IMG/VR virus record: IMGVR_UViG_3300013126_002137
Coordinates: 1-53,421 of that record
DNA from: a virus
Lineage: Duplodnaviria; Caudoviricetes
Length of the DNA stretch: 53,421 bases
Direction: 5' to 3' (one strand)
The notes below the pieces were generated by a model, which was not told the DNA's origin, searched no databases, and was given only the letters and a program-made list of their open reading frames with translations. Within the stretch, counting starts at the first letter, position 1. Each line of letters opens with the position of its first letter. Of this stretch, positions 35,890 to 45,634 are shown piece after piece. The position numbers and the translations under genes are program-made.

Positions 35890-36672
35890 ATGACAGACGA
35901 AATTCTGATACTAAATTTTTTGGAAAAAAATTACCAAGTTAAATCTGATAAGCAAGGGTACATTATCTATGATAAGTCAGATGATAAGACTATGGTACCT
36001 AATGATTTCAAAAGACATTACCTAAAAATATTTAGTGATTTTCAAATAGGCGATGGTGAAAGTTCAATGACCATATTTTATACATGGTATTCACATAAAA
36101 AAAGAATCCTTACACAAAAACTATATGATTTATTTGACAAAGAAGATGATGGTACATTAAAGAGTCAATTATTATTAAATAAAATAATAAAAGTTTGTGA
36201 TACTGACTATGTGTTACTATACCACCATGATTTCATAACTAACATTTTTATCGATTACTACAAAGATAAATACATGTTACCTAAATTGTTAAAATATGTC
36301 GAAAATTTCAACATTGACTTTGGTAGTGCTAAATTGTTAGATGATTTTCAAGATGAGTTTATATTAGAACATTTCAAAGTTATAGCATTTGCAAAAGAAT
36401 ATTTAAACAATTGGTATTCTGAAACAGTTATTGGTGATAAAATTAAAGACTTATTATCACAATTAGTGTTAACATTGGGTTCTAGAAACTGGGTGGTTAC
36501 TTGGATTGGACACGGCCCATTCAGCAAAAAACGATTATTAGAAAAATTTATAAATGAAAGTGCATATCATCATGATTTTATATTGAATATGTACGATAAA
36601 TGGTATGAAGATGCGGTCATTGAAGCTTCTGAAAGAGCTATGATGAGACGTGCATGGAATGACCATTTTTAA
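35890..36672 (+). CDS. Hypothetical protein
   Basis: After promoter 35872. Confidence 0.75.
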   Translation: MTDEILILNFLEKNYQVKSDKQGYIIYDKSDDKTMVPNDFKRHYLKIFSDFQIGDGESSMTIFYTWYSHKKRILTQKLYDLFDKEDDGTLKSQLLLNKIIKVCDTDYVLLYHHDFITNIFIDYYKDKYMLPKLLKYVENFNIDFGSAKLLDDFQDEFILEHFKVIAFAKEYLNNWYSETVIGDKIKDLLSQLVLTLGSRNWVVTWIGHGPFSKKRLLEKFINESAYHHDFILNMYDKWYEDAVIEASERAMMRRAWNDHF

Positions 36673-36698
36673 AATAACAAACCACTAAATATTAAAGT

Positions 36699-37031
36699 AT
36701 GAAAAGAATTATTAGAAATTTATTTATCATCAGTTTATCAATTACATTATTATCATTTGACGGATGGCAAGAGCATCAATGCAAGGCGACTTGGTATGAT
36801 ACAACACCGCATCCAAAAGTTCACAGACATTTTTCAACCGCTGCATTCAATATTTACCCAAAAGGTACATATTTGGTGGTGACTAATAATACTAACAAAA
36901 AAGTTGATACCGTGATGGTAACTGATAGACACCACAAAGGACCAAACCATATAGATTTAAGTTTAACGTCTTTTAAAAAAATAGCTAATCCAAAACTTGG
37001 TGTAATAAAAGTAACAATAAAGAAAATATAA
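36699..37031 (+). CDS. RlpA-like double-psi beta-barrel protein
   Basis: Signal peptide; ATWY, TAA, VTDR, IDLS. Confidence 0.8.
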   Translation: MKRIIRNLFIISLSITLLSFDGWQEHQCKATWYDTTPHPKVHRHFSTAAFNIYPKGTYLVVTNNTNKKVDTVMVTDRHHKGPNHIDLSLTSFKKIANPKLGVIKVTIKKI

Positions 37032-37032
37032 T

Positions 37033-37398
37033 ATGAAACATTTCCTAATCGACATCGATGGAACTATATGTGATGATATCGCAAATGAAGATTCTCATTT
37101 GTATCTTATCGCAGCACCTATCGAAGGTTCAATAGAACAAATTAATAAATGGTATGATGAAGGTCATACCATTACTTTTTTCACAGCACGTGAAGAAAAA
37201 GACAGAGGCGTAACAATATATTGGTTAGACAGTCATAATGTTAAATATCACGGACTTATAATGAATAAACCTAGATGTAAGAATCCAGATGATGAATATG
37301 TTTGGATTGATAACAGACCAGTTAGAGGCGTTACTTACAAAGGTATTTGGGGAAACCTAAAAGAAGTGGTAAAAAAGATTTTAACTTTTGGTGATTAA
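37033..37398 (+). CDS. HAD-like phosphatase
   Basis: IDIDGTIC, FTAR, KP, WIDN. Confidence 0.8.
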   Translation: MKHFLIDIDGTICDDIANEDSHLYLIAAPIEGSIEQINKWYDEGHTITFFTAREEKDRGVTIYWLDSHNVKYHGLIMNKPRCKNPDDEYVWIDNRPVRGVTYKGIWGNLKEVVKKILTFGD

Positions 37399-37447
37399 TA
37401 TTTGCTATTTTAATTTATTATTCATACATTTGTAGAAAATAATCAGT

Positions 37448-37996
37448 ATGAAGTATAGTATTAGAATAAGCGGATATGGTTCGGAGTTAACCATAGGTTC
37501 CGTAACAGAAGAAGAAAAAGCAATTCTTTCAAACCCAGACAAAGATTTACACACAATCGTTTTTGAAGACTTGGAAGAAGTTTGCGGTTGGAGTGAGATT
37601 GATGACCAATTTCATTGCTTCGGTGCAACATCACCTTTTACAATTACAATTGAAGATGAAGATGGTAATGAATTGTACGAGATTGATGATGAAACTTTGT
37701 ATGAACACGACACAGATGAGTTATCGTTGGTTGAAAACAAATATGCGGAAATAGATGAAACCAAAGACTTATTAGTTTGTTACAGTGGTGAAAAGGGTAC
37801 TTTCTTTTTAGGTTATGTTGAATTAGAAGGTGAGTTTGATATCACAAAATTAAAAATAGTTATTACTGATGTTGAAGCTGGTGATTTTTTCTATTTTGGT
37901 GACATTATTTCTAATGTACTTTATGATGGTGAAGAACTAGATAATTGGGGTGGTGATACAGATGGTAAATCGTTTGACGTACTTAAAAACTTTTAA
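37448..37996 (+). CDS. Acidic hypothetical protein
   Basis: After promoter 37425. Confidence 0.75.
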   Translation: MKYSIRISGYGSELTIGSVTEEEKAILSNPDKDLHTIVFEDLEEVCGWSEIDDQFHCFGATSPFTITIEDEDGNELYEIDDETLYEHDTDELSLVENKYAEIDETKDLLVCYSGEKGTFFLGYVELEGEFDITKLKIVITDVEAGDFFYFGDIISNVLYDGEELDNWGGDTDGKSFDVLKNF

Positions 37997-38101
37997 TGTG
38001 AATTTAATCGATTGTTTTAAAAACAAATTTTTGTATTCGGATAAATACAAAACACATTCAGAAGCAGTAATAATTGCTTGTTATTTTAACCCACAAGGTA
38101 A

Positions 38102-38269
38102 GGTATTGATAGATTGGATAAATCAAAAGGTTACATTAATGATAATGTAGTTGCATGTTGTAATATATGTAATTACGTAAAATTAACTTTAACTTTAGAT
38201 GAATTTAAAGAATGGGTAATAAAAATATATAATAATTTTTGTAAAAATGAAAATACTATTTATCAGTGA
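38102..38269 (+). pseudogene. C-terminal remnant of an HNH endonuclease
   Basis: GIDRLDKSKGYINDNVVACCNICNYVK...EFKEWVIKIY, preceded by an in-frame TAA with no start codon. Confidence 0.8.
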
Positions 38270-38933
38270 TACACACAATCAACATAATTTAATACCTAAA
38301 GAATACTTAGAAAATGTTGATACTATAATACATGCTGGCGATATTACGTCAAGGGGTAGTGAATACGAAGTTGTGGCTTTTTTAAATTGGTACAATGACT
38401 TACCCATTGAGAATAAAATTTTTATTCCAGGCAATCATGATTTCTTTTTTGAAAGACCAGATAAAAAGATGATAACCAAACTATTATCTAAATATCCAAA
38501 TATTACTTATCTTAATGATAGTGGTGTTGAGATAGAAGGTATAAAGATTTGGGGTTCACCAGTACAACCATATTTTGGTGGATGGGCTTTTAATCGTGTT
38601 GAGGAAGCTATAAACGAGCATTGGGATAAGATACCTTTGGATACAAATATTCTTATAACACATGGCCCAATATTCGGTTATTTAGATTTAACACTAGAAG
38701 GCGTTAGGACTGGTTGTGAATATTTGAGAGCTAAGTTACCAAGTTTAACAGAACTAAAAATACATGTGTGTGGTCACATACATGAACATTATGGTAGTCA
38801 TGAGTTCACAGATGGTCAATTGTTTTTGAATGCTAGTGTATTGAATAGACGATATGAAATGCAGAATAGACCAATTTTTTTAGAATACGGAAATAATTCT
38901 TCGTTGGAACTTGGATATATAACAAAAAAGTAG
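38247..38933 (+). CDS. Metallophosphoesterase
   Basis: SDTH, HAGD, GNHD, THGP, GHIHE. Confidence 0.92.
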   Translation: MKILFISDTHNQHNLIPKEYLENVDTIIHAGDITSRGSEYEVVAFLNWYNDLPIENKIFIPGNHDFFFERPDKKMITKLLSKYPNITYLNDSGVEIEGIKIWGSPVQPYFGGWAFNRVEEAINEHWDKIPLDTNILITHGPIFGYLDLTLEGVRTGCEYLRAKLPSLTELKIHVCGHIHEHYGSHEFTDGQLFLNASVLNRRYEMQNRPIFLEYGNNSSLELGYITKK

Positions 38934-38961
38934 TACATTTGTAAAAAAAAATAAACATAAT

Positions 38962-39252
38962 ATGGATAATAGACAATACAAAAGATTACCTAGTGTAGTT
39001 TTGTTAAACTCTGAAGGTGACATATTAAAAGCTTTTAAAACCGAAAAAGGTTTTATGATTATGGATGAATATAAAGAAATCATCGCAACATTAAATAAAG
39101 ATGAATTGTATGAATTTACACGTGGTTTGTTAACTATCACAAATTCAAAAGATGAAGTATTTAATTATGCTGAAATGGCTGGTACTATGAAACCAGATTT
39201 AAAAATGTTAGATGAGTTCATTGGAATTGACACTAGTGGTTTAACGCATTAA
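38962..39252 (+). CDS. Hypothetical protein
   Basis: After promoter 38934. Confidence 0.7.
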   Translation: MDNRQYKRLPSVVLLNSEGDILKAFKTEKGFMIMDEYKEIIATLNKDELYEFTRGLLTITNSKDEVFNYAEMAGTMKPDLKMLDEFIGIDTSGLTH

Positions 39253-39260
39253 TTTATAAA

Positions 39261-39596
39261 ATGAAAAAAGTAAGAGAAAGTAAGGATAATCCTGGGTATT
39301 ATCGTTATAACATCACCATACGTGAGAAAGATGGGACAGAACATGTTGTACCAGCATATGGTAAAGACTTAGAAGATGCTATTGAACGTTTAGTGTGGAA
39401 TGAAAGAATTGAAAAAGTAGCTAATAAAAAAGCTGTCCCACCATTATTTGCTGTTTTATTATTAGCAATAGTAGCTTTGTCTGGTGTAATTGGGGTTACA
39501 CAAAATAATCCAATATGGGTTGCTAGTGGTTTAGGATTATGTGGTGTTATATTAACAATAACATCATTAGTAGATAACTATTTAAATAAACATTAA
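39261..39596 (+). CDS. Membrane protein
   Basis: Two C-terminal hydrophobic helices. Confidence 0.7.
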   Translation: MKKVRESKDNPGYYRYNITIREKDGTEHVVPAYGKDLEDAIERLVWNERIEKVANKKAVPPLFAVLLLAIVALSGVIGVTQNNPIWVASGLGLCGVILTITSLVDNYLNKH

Positions 39597-39597
39597 T

Positions 39598-39792
39598 ATG
39601 AGTAATAAATTTAATATGATAGTGTATATCATTAGTATGGTGGCATCACTATCAAATGCATATTTTGCATATAACGAAAATAATATGGATGCTACAATAG
39701 CATGGGTTTGTGCTTTTGGGTTTTCAGCTGGTGCTGCTGGTGCATATAAAAATTTACATGAAATAGATAAATCTAAAGAAGATGACAAGTAG
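39598..39792 (+). CDS. Small membrane protein
   Basis: Hydrophobic, operon-packed. Confidence 0.6.
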   Translation: MSNKFNMIVYIISMVASLSNAYFAYNENNMDATIAWVCAFGFSAGAAGAYKNLHEIDKSKEDDK

Positions 39793-39807
39793 AGAAGAAG
39801 GTATTAT

Positions 39808-40011
39808 GTGTTGCTAATGGAAAAGGTTGAAGTGATAGCGTGTGAGGGTAAAGTTTTTACCCCACACTTATTTTTAGAAAGATTGGACACTCAGTTAAAG
39901 AAAGGTGATTGGTTTGTATACTACGATGTTTTATATAAGTTCAACGACTCTTTCTTTTTGAGTAGACCAATAGTTGATTATAAACAATTAATTAAAGTTA
40001 AATATGAGTGA
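39808..40011 (+). CDS. Hypothetical protein
   Basis: Operon-packed ORF; start uncertain. Confidence 0.5.
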   Translation: MLLMEKVEVIACEGKVFTPHLFLERLDTQLKKGDWFVYYDVLYKFNDSFFLSRPIVDYKQLIKVKYE

Positions 40012-40186
40012 ATTTCAAGTACACAATACTGCCGAATGTTCCGATGGACCAAAATCTGGTGGTATAGTTTTAAAAGAATTTATCATACGTTGGGATTACA
40101 ACGGTGATGGAAAGATATTAGTTACATTGAATAATCAAGATGATAAACTAATACAAAGTATAGAACACGTAAAATCAAAAATATAA
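40004..40186 (+). CDS. Hypothetical protein
   Basis: Overlap-coupled ORF. Confidence 0.55.
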   Translation: MSEFQVHNTAECSDGPKSGGIVLKEFIIRWDYNGDGKILVTLNNQDDKLIQSIEHVKSKI

Positions 40187-41232
40187 TGGGAATCTGGAGT
40201 TTAATCGGAGTAATAAGCGGTGCATTGGTTTCAATATGGGCTGCTTTTAAGTTTGTCATTGGTCAAAGTTTTAGATTAGATGATAACCTAAGTAAAAATG
40301 TATTACCTATTGTTCAAGGATTAAAATATAAATTTGAATTGAATAATGAGATATCAATAAATAAAAAGTATCCTAGTACTTATAGTGCTTTTGCATTGCT
40401 AAATGGTATACCTATTTACTTTACTAGGACTGAAAGATTGTTAACTGCTGGTTGGCAATCAAAAGAATTAATATCTGAAGTATATTATTTTAGATGGCAT
40501 CGTAAAAAAATCGAAAGAATGATTAAAGATATTGCCAACAATAAAAAATATACTAACGTAATGGCACTTATGCCATGGGGTTCTGACAAATTAGGTCAGA
40601 TGACAAGGGAGAGTAACCCTAAAATCTATATTGATGACAAGCAATATAAGGATATTGAAGTCGATATTGAAGAAATGTTAGTTAGAAAAACTGGTAAAAC
40701 AAGTGCTTTACTATATGGTAGACCAGGAACTGGTAAAACAAGACTAATAAAATACTTATCTTTGAAGTATGACTTACCAATTTATTCAATATTCTTGAAT
40801 CCAGTGTACAATAACTTTGATATTCTTAGCATGTTTGCTGATATACCAGATAAATGCATTGTATTGTTTGAGGATTTTGACAACTATTTCAATAAAAGAG
40901 AGTGTATAATGAAACATAATGAAGTAAAATTTACGTTTGATGTGTTACTTTCTGTGTTAGATGGCGTTTATAATGAATACAACCAAGTATTTTTTGTGAT
41001 GACATGCAACGATATTGATAAAATTGATGATTCTTTGAAAGACAGACCATCAAGATTTAAGTTTGTAAGAGAAATAACTGGTCCATCTTACGCAAAACGT
41101 TTAGAAATACTAGATGGAGATATAGAATTAGCTGAATTAACTGAAGGGTGGACTACAGATAAAGTATTTTTTGCTAAATCAATGTCTGGTATGTATAGTA
41201 ATAATGAAATCATTGAAAAAATAAACATATGA
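40186..41232 (+). CDS. Membrane-anchored AAA ATPase (BCS1-like)
   Basis: N-terminal TM helix; GRPGTGKT, LFEDFD, LDG, RPSRF. Confidence 0.85.
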   Translation: MGIWSLIGVISGALVSIWAAFKFVIGQSFRLDDNLSKNVLPIVQGLKYKFELNNEISINKKYPSTYSAFALLNGIPIYFTRTERLLTAGWQSKELISEVYYFRWHRKKIERMIKDIANNKKYTNVMALMPWGSDKLGQMTRESNPKIYIDDKQYKDIEVDIEEMLVRKTGKTSALLYGRPGTGKTRLIKYLSLKYDLPIYSIFLNPVYNNFDILSMFADIPDKCIVLFEDFDNYFNKRECIMKHNEVKFTFDVLLSVLDGVYNEYNQVFFVMTCNDIDKIDDSLKDRPSRFKFVREITGPSYAKRLEILDGDIELAELTEGWTTDKVFFAKSMSGMYSNNEIIEKINI

Positions 41233-41933
41233 GAATAGTGACATTGGGTGACACCCATGGGAGATACAATTGGAAAGACATTGTAGCAAAAGAAAGTGAT
41301 GCTGATAAAATAGTTTTTATTGGTGATTACTTTGACACACATGATGATGTAACACCAGAACAACAAATAGAAAACTTTCTAGCTATAGTAGAGTATAAAA
41401 AAGCTAACATGGATAAGGTTGTGTTGCTTATTGGTAATCACGATTTCCATTATACTGGTTATGCTCATTCAACATATTCTGGTTACCAATACGGTGCTGC
41501 CCCTAGGATACGAGAAATACTTTTAGAAGCACTTAATGATGGTTTGATGCAAATGTGTTACAAGAATGACATATATGTTTTCACACACGCTGGGGTAACA
41601 AAGACTTGGGCTGAAACAAACAAAATCGATTTAAACGATATGGAGAATAGCATCAATGAAATGTTTAAGACTAGACCAATGGTATTCGATTTTACGATGG
41701 GTGATAATTACAGCCAAACTGGTAATGACATTACTCAAACACCAATATGGGTTAGACCACAAGCATTGTTAAGTGATGCTATTCCAGATATTGTTTACAT
41801 TGTTGGACATACCACTGTTGTTAAATTAGGATTAATGGAACAACTTCCTAACTTAATATTAATCGATTGTTTAGGTACTAGTGGGGAGTATTTAGTTTTA
41901 GATAATGATATAGCAACCGCAAAAAATGTTTAA
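41229..41933 (+). CDS. Metallophosphoesterase
   Basis: GDTHG, GDYFD, GNHD, HAG, GHT. Confidence 0.9.
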   Translation: MRIVTLGDTHGRYNWKDIVAKESDADKIVFIGDYFDTHDDVTPEQQIENFLAIVEYKKANMDKVVLLIGNHDFHYTGYAHSTYSGYQYGAAPRIREILLEALNDGLMQMCYKNDIYVFTHAGVTKTWAETNKIDLNDMENSINEMFKTRPMVFDFTMGDNYSQTGNDITQTPIWVRPQALLSDAIPDIVYIVGHTTVVKLGLMEQLPNLILIDCLGTSGEYLVLDNDIATAKNV

Positions 41934-41963
41934 AAAGATTTGGAAAAACCAAATCTTTTTTTT
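41932..41963 (+). terminator. Terminator hairpin overlapping a promoter
   Basis: AAAAAGATTTGG/CCAAATCTTTTT with the -33 TTTG in the stem and the -7 box at 41963. Confidence 0.75.
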
Positions 41964-41974
41964 ACATTTGATGC

Positions 41975-42214
41975 ATGGTTGAAAACGAAGATTTAAGAAT
42001 GGTAAAAGTTCAAGTAGCGACTTGCTCTAAATGTGGCGGTGCTGTAAAAGTTGCTGTGAAAGATAAGATGGATAAATACACAATCAAAGAATTTGCTTCA
42101 ATGATGGAGGATGGTTGCGATATTTATACAACCAACGTAATTGTTGCCAGAACTCTTAGGTGGTGTGATGCACCATGTGAAGGTATGTGGCCTAAAAAGA
42201 AATCAGATGAATAA
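41975..42214 (+). CDS. Small Cys-containing protein (probably leaderless)
   Basis: ATG 4 nt after the -7 box; CSKC. Confidence 0.65.
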   Translation: MVENEDLRMVKVQVATCSKCGGAVKVAVKDKMDKYTIKEFASMMEDGCDIYTTNVIVARTLRWCDAPCEGMWPKKKSDE

Positions 42215-42386
42215 AAAAGAAGCATTAGAAGTTTTAATGAGAGAACTATCTAAGAACAATGATTTAATGTTCTATTTAAAACAAATGGCTATCTACTTAC
42301 AAGAATATGAAGTAGCAGCCAAACTTAGAGCAATTGATACTAACAAATTAAAAGATGATATAAATGAAGCACTTAATAAAGAATAA
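42207..42386 (+). CDS. Small protein with UVR-like motif
   Basis: LKQMAIYLQEYEVAAKLR; ATG at 42207. Confidence 0.6.
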   Translation: MNKKEALEVLMRELSKNNDLMFYLKQMAIYLQEYEVAAKLRAIDTNKLKDDINEALNKE

Positions 42387-42804
42387 AAAAGCGTACTTCG
42401 AGTATCAAATACTTGAAAAGTATACTGCTGGAATCAAATTACAAGGTTCAGAAGTTAAGTCTATTAGAAACGGAAAAGTTTCAATAAGTGAAGCATATTG
42501 TTTTATCGCTAACAATGAAGTGTTTATAAAAGGTATGCACATCACCGAACACAAAGAGGGTGGTAAACACAACAACCACCAACCAATTAGGGACAGAAAA
42601 TTATTACTAAACAAAAAAGAAATCATCAAATTAGATGAAAAAAGTTCACAAAAAGGCTTGACTATTGTGCCATTAGAGGTTATATTAACAGACACTGGAT
42701 TTATAAAAATAGAAATCGGACTAGCCAAAGGTAAAAATCTTTATGACAAAAGACAAACTATCAAAGAGAAAGATTTAAAAAGAGAAATCGAGCGCAATTT
42801 ATAA
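42364..42804 (+). CDS. smpB: SsrA-binding protein SmpB
   Basis: NKKAYFEY, AGIKLQGSEVKSIR, RKLLLNKKEI, KGKNLYDKR. Confidence 0.97.
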   Translation: MKHLIKNKKAYFEYQILEKYTAGIKLQGSEVKSIRNGKVSISEAYCFIANNEVFIKGMHITEHKEGGKHNNHQPIRDRKLLLNKKEIIKLDEKSSQKGLTIVPLEVILTDTGFIKIEIGLAKGKNLYDKRQTIKEKDLKREIERNL

Positions 42805-42829
42805 TTAACAATTAAAAAAGTAAGGAAGT

Positions 42830-43693
42830 ATGAAGAGTTTAACAATTAGCAATTTAATTACAAGTAGAGAAAATGATTCTTTTAAAAAGTATTTAAAAGA
42901 AGTATCTAAAATCAAACCATTTACTGTCGAAGAAGAGGCAGCATGTGCGTTAAAAGCATTCAATGGTGATAAAAAAGCAAAAGAAGAGTTGGTTATTAGA
43001 AACCTAAAGTTTGTGATTAGTGTTGCTAAACAGTATGTTACACCACAATCTCCATTGGAAGATTTGGTTAACGAAGGTAACATGGGATTAATAATGGCAG
43101 CTGAAAGATTTAACCCAGATGAAAAGGTTAAGTTTATATCTTATGCCGTTTGGTGGATTAGAAAAATAATCATCGAACATATCAACAAATATAACCGTAT
43201 GGTTAGATTACCGTTGAATAAAATAACTAGTTTGTCTAAGTTAGATAAGTTAATTGCAGAGAAAGAACAAGAGAAAGGTCGTAAAATTGAAATTCATGAA
43301 CTATCAACTGATTTAAACACTGATGAGTATGAAGCATTGGAAGTATTAACTACTTATAAAATGGATTCATTGGATAGACAATTAGGTGGTGAAGATGGTG
43401 ATGGTTCAACCCTTATCGATTTATTAGCTGATAATACGTTTAAAAGTAGTGACCACTTGGTTACTGATTCAGACCATAAAACAACATTATTTAAAGGTTT
43501 AGAATCATTAAAGGCGAGAGATAAAGAAATTATAATATTGCTATTTGGTTTAGATGGTAAAGAACCAAGAACATTACAAGAAGTAAGTGATATTGTTGGA
43601 ATGAGCCGTGAAATGGTTAGACAAGTTAAAATGAAGTCACTTGTTAAATTAAGTAAAAATAAAAACATACAAACAGCTTATAGCGAGTTGTAA
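42830..43693 (+). CDS. RpoD/RpoS-family sigma-70 factor
   Basis: YLKEV, NLKFVISVAKQY, DLVNEGNMGL, FISYAVWWIR, TLQEV...SREMVRQ. Confidence 0.93.
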   Translation: MKSLTISNLITSRENDSFKKYLKEVSKIKPFTVEEEAACALKAFNGDKKAKEELVIRNLKFVISVAKQYVTPQSPLEDLVNEGNMGLIMAAERFNPDEKVKFISYAVWWIRKIIIEHINKYNRMVRLPLNKITSLSKLDKLIAEKEQEKGRKIEIHELSTDLNTDEYEALEVLTTYKMDSLDRQLGGEDGDGSTLIDLLADNTFKSSDHLVTDSDHKTTLFKGLESLKARDKEIIILLFGLDGKEPRTLQEVSDIVGMSREMVRQVKMKSLVKLSKNKNIQTAYSEL

Positions 43694-44055
43694 TGAAAGA
43701 AATTGTTTTAAAATATTTAGATGAAACCTATGCTATGACCCTCTCAACTTATGTATCGTATAAGTTGAGAGATAAGCATAAGGATGAAGATGTGTCATTG
43801 AAAGAAGTTTTCATTCAATTAGATACCATTTTTTCACTAACTGAAGAAGAACAACGAGAAATATTTGATATATGGGCTGACACCAAATCAATTGAAATAA
43901 ACAACTTGGTTGTTAGCATTCAAGAAAAGATTTATAAATTGACTGGTAAGACAGTTCAAATGTCACCAGAGAAAATGAATGGTTTGATTGATGTGATAAA
44001 TGTTAGGGAAGAAGCTGATGACTTAATAAGAGCTCTTATATATAATGATAAGTGA
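43693..44055 (+). CDS. Hypothetical protein
   Basis: TAATG-coupled ORF. Confidence 0.7.
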   Translation: MKEIVLKYLDETYAMTLSTYVSYKLRDKHKDEDVSLKEVFIQLDTIFSLTEEEQREIFDIWADTKSIEINNLVVSIQEKIYKLTGKTVQMSPEKMNGLIDVINVREEADDLIRALIYNDK

Positions 44056-44148
44056 TGTGTACACATTAGTGTACATGTTATTAATTATTCTAGCTCATTA
44101 ACTTGTATTTTAATTAATTTACGGATATTTATTATAAACGAATTTAAA

Positions 44149-44478
44149 ATGGACAAACCGTATATAAAAAAAATGTTAAGAGAATTTTTAGAGGTAACAA
44201 ACGAAGCCTCTGAAAAAGAGCCAGAATCAAAAAAAGATAAAAAGTCGAAAGTTGAGGCTGAATACGCCCAAATTAGCTCTGGTTTTGAAGGCCTTGGAGC
44301 ACCAAGCCAAGCAGATATTATGCAACTGGCTGGTTTAGGTTCGGTAGGTAACAAAACAGCAGAATCTCTTTTTGGAAAGAAACTGCGTAGGGAAAAGAAT
44401 GACGAAGGTGGTCTGTATCAATTTAGTGACACAGAAAGAGCATCGGTTATTAAAGCATTAGCAACCGCAAAGAAATAA
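44149..44478 (+). CDS. Hypothetical protein (putative late class)
   Basis: TATTTAT at 44126; N-terminal IKKMLREFLE; own terminator. Confidence 0.75.
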   Translation: MDKPYIKKMLREFLEVTNEASEKEPESKKDKKSKVEAEYAQISSGFEGLGAPSQADIMQLAGLGSVGNKTAESLFGKKLRREKNDEGGLYQFSDTERASVIKALATAKK

Positions 44479-44482
44479 ACAT

Positions 44483-44513
44483 AAGCCCAGCCAAGCAGCT
44501 GGGTTTTTGTTTT
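44483..44513 (+). terminator. Intrinsic terminator
   Basis: AAGCCCAGC/GCTGGGTTT plus T run. Confidence 0.85.
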
Positions 44514-44628
44514 ATGTAATATTCCACAAATGTATAAATAAAAAATCAAATAAAAAAATATTTTTTTCACTTTTTTATTTGCAAATTAAAAAACTTTTTT
44601 TTACCTTTGTCATATTAAATTAATTATT

Positions 44629-45282
44629 ATGGCAACTCAAGTAGGAAAAATCAAGGAAGTAACGTATAACTCAACAGTTACATTAGCACTTATTGAAATA
44701 GATGCTGACTTAAAAGAAATCTTTACTGATGAGATTAAATTACCTTTTAACATATTATATAGGTTATCTGATGAAGGTAAATTGAGTGAAAGAACACAAG
44801 AATTACTAATCACCATTTTTGAAAAAATAATACTAACCAAATCTGAACTTATTGATAAGTATCTTAGATTGGCTAACAATAGAGGTGTTGCAATAAACAC
44901 TATTAGAGAATTGGAAATAGAGGTCGAAGAAGACCCAGAATTTGACGAGGAAGAAGGTAAAACAGAAGAACCAACTGTTGATACCACACCGAAGAAAAAA
45001 GCTGTTAAAAAGGAAAAAACGGGTAAAGAATTGCCACGTAGATACGGTAAAGAAAAAATCACAAAGGATATCGAAAGACAAGGTGGTAACGCAACACCAG
45101 TACAACGTGCTATGTTAAAAGTTAACGATTTAAAAAACATTTACGTTAACTTATCTACTAGAGGTATTAAAGATATGTTAGGTGATGCTGGGTTATTGTC
45201 TGATGAGGATTGTAGAAAAATAGTATCAGTTATCACAATTGCTGAAAGACAATTGGAGGAAATACTAAAAAGAAAAAAATAA
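44629..45282 (+). CDS. Hypothetical protein
   Basis: After promoter 44602. Confidence 0.8.
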   Translation: MATQVGKIKEVTYNSTVTLALIEIDADLKEIFTDEIKLPFNILYRLSDEGKLSERTQELLITIFEKIILTKSELIDKYLRLANNRGVAINTIRELEIEVEEDPEFDEEEGKTEEPTVDTTPKKKAVKKEKTGKELPRRYGKEKITKDIERQGGNATPVQRAMLKVNDLKNIYVNLSTRGIKDMLGDAGLLSDEDCRKIVSVITIAERQLEEILKRKK

Positions 45283-45291
45283 TTGCAAAAA

Positions 45292-45341
45292 TATTTGCAT
45301 AAGTCCAGGAAATTATCTACATTTGTATTATAATTAAAAAC
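45292..45341 (+). repeat. 50-bp promoter cassette, copy 1
   Basis: 48/50 identical to 46203-46252; contains TTTG, CCAGG and TACATTTG. Confidence 0.9.
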
Positions 45342-45349
45342 TAATAGTT

Positions 45350-45577
45350 ATGACTAAAACACCAAAAGAAATGACGAATGATATTTTATCATCGTTAAGA
45401 GACGAAAACAACCCATTAGCAATATTGATTGAGGGTTATTTGGAAAAGTGTATCAAAGACCACGTAAAGGCGGCAAGAAAAGAAGTCTTGGACTTTGTAC
45501 AACCACATGATTGTGATGTAAACGGAAACATAGTTGAGTGTAACTACCATACTTTGTTTGATAAGTTGACAAAATAA
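45350..45577 (+). CDS. Hypothetical protein
   Basis: Own promoter. Confidence 0.7.
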   Translation: MTKTPKEMTNDILSSLRDENNPLAILIEGYLEKCIKDHVKAARKEVLDFVQPHDCDVNGNIVECNYHTLFDKLTK

Positions 45578-45634
45578 TTTGGAAAAAACCTGGAAATTTT
45601 ATACCTTTGTATTAACAATTAAAAATTAGAAAAA

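Noticed and set aside
37950-38150. 66-aa ORF as a real gene
   Set aside because: Overlaps the upstream gene end and crosses an apparent deletion junction; treated as a scar.
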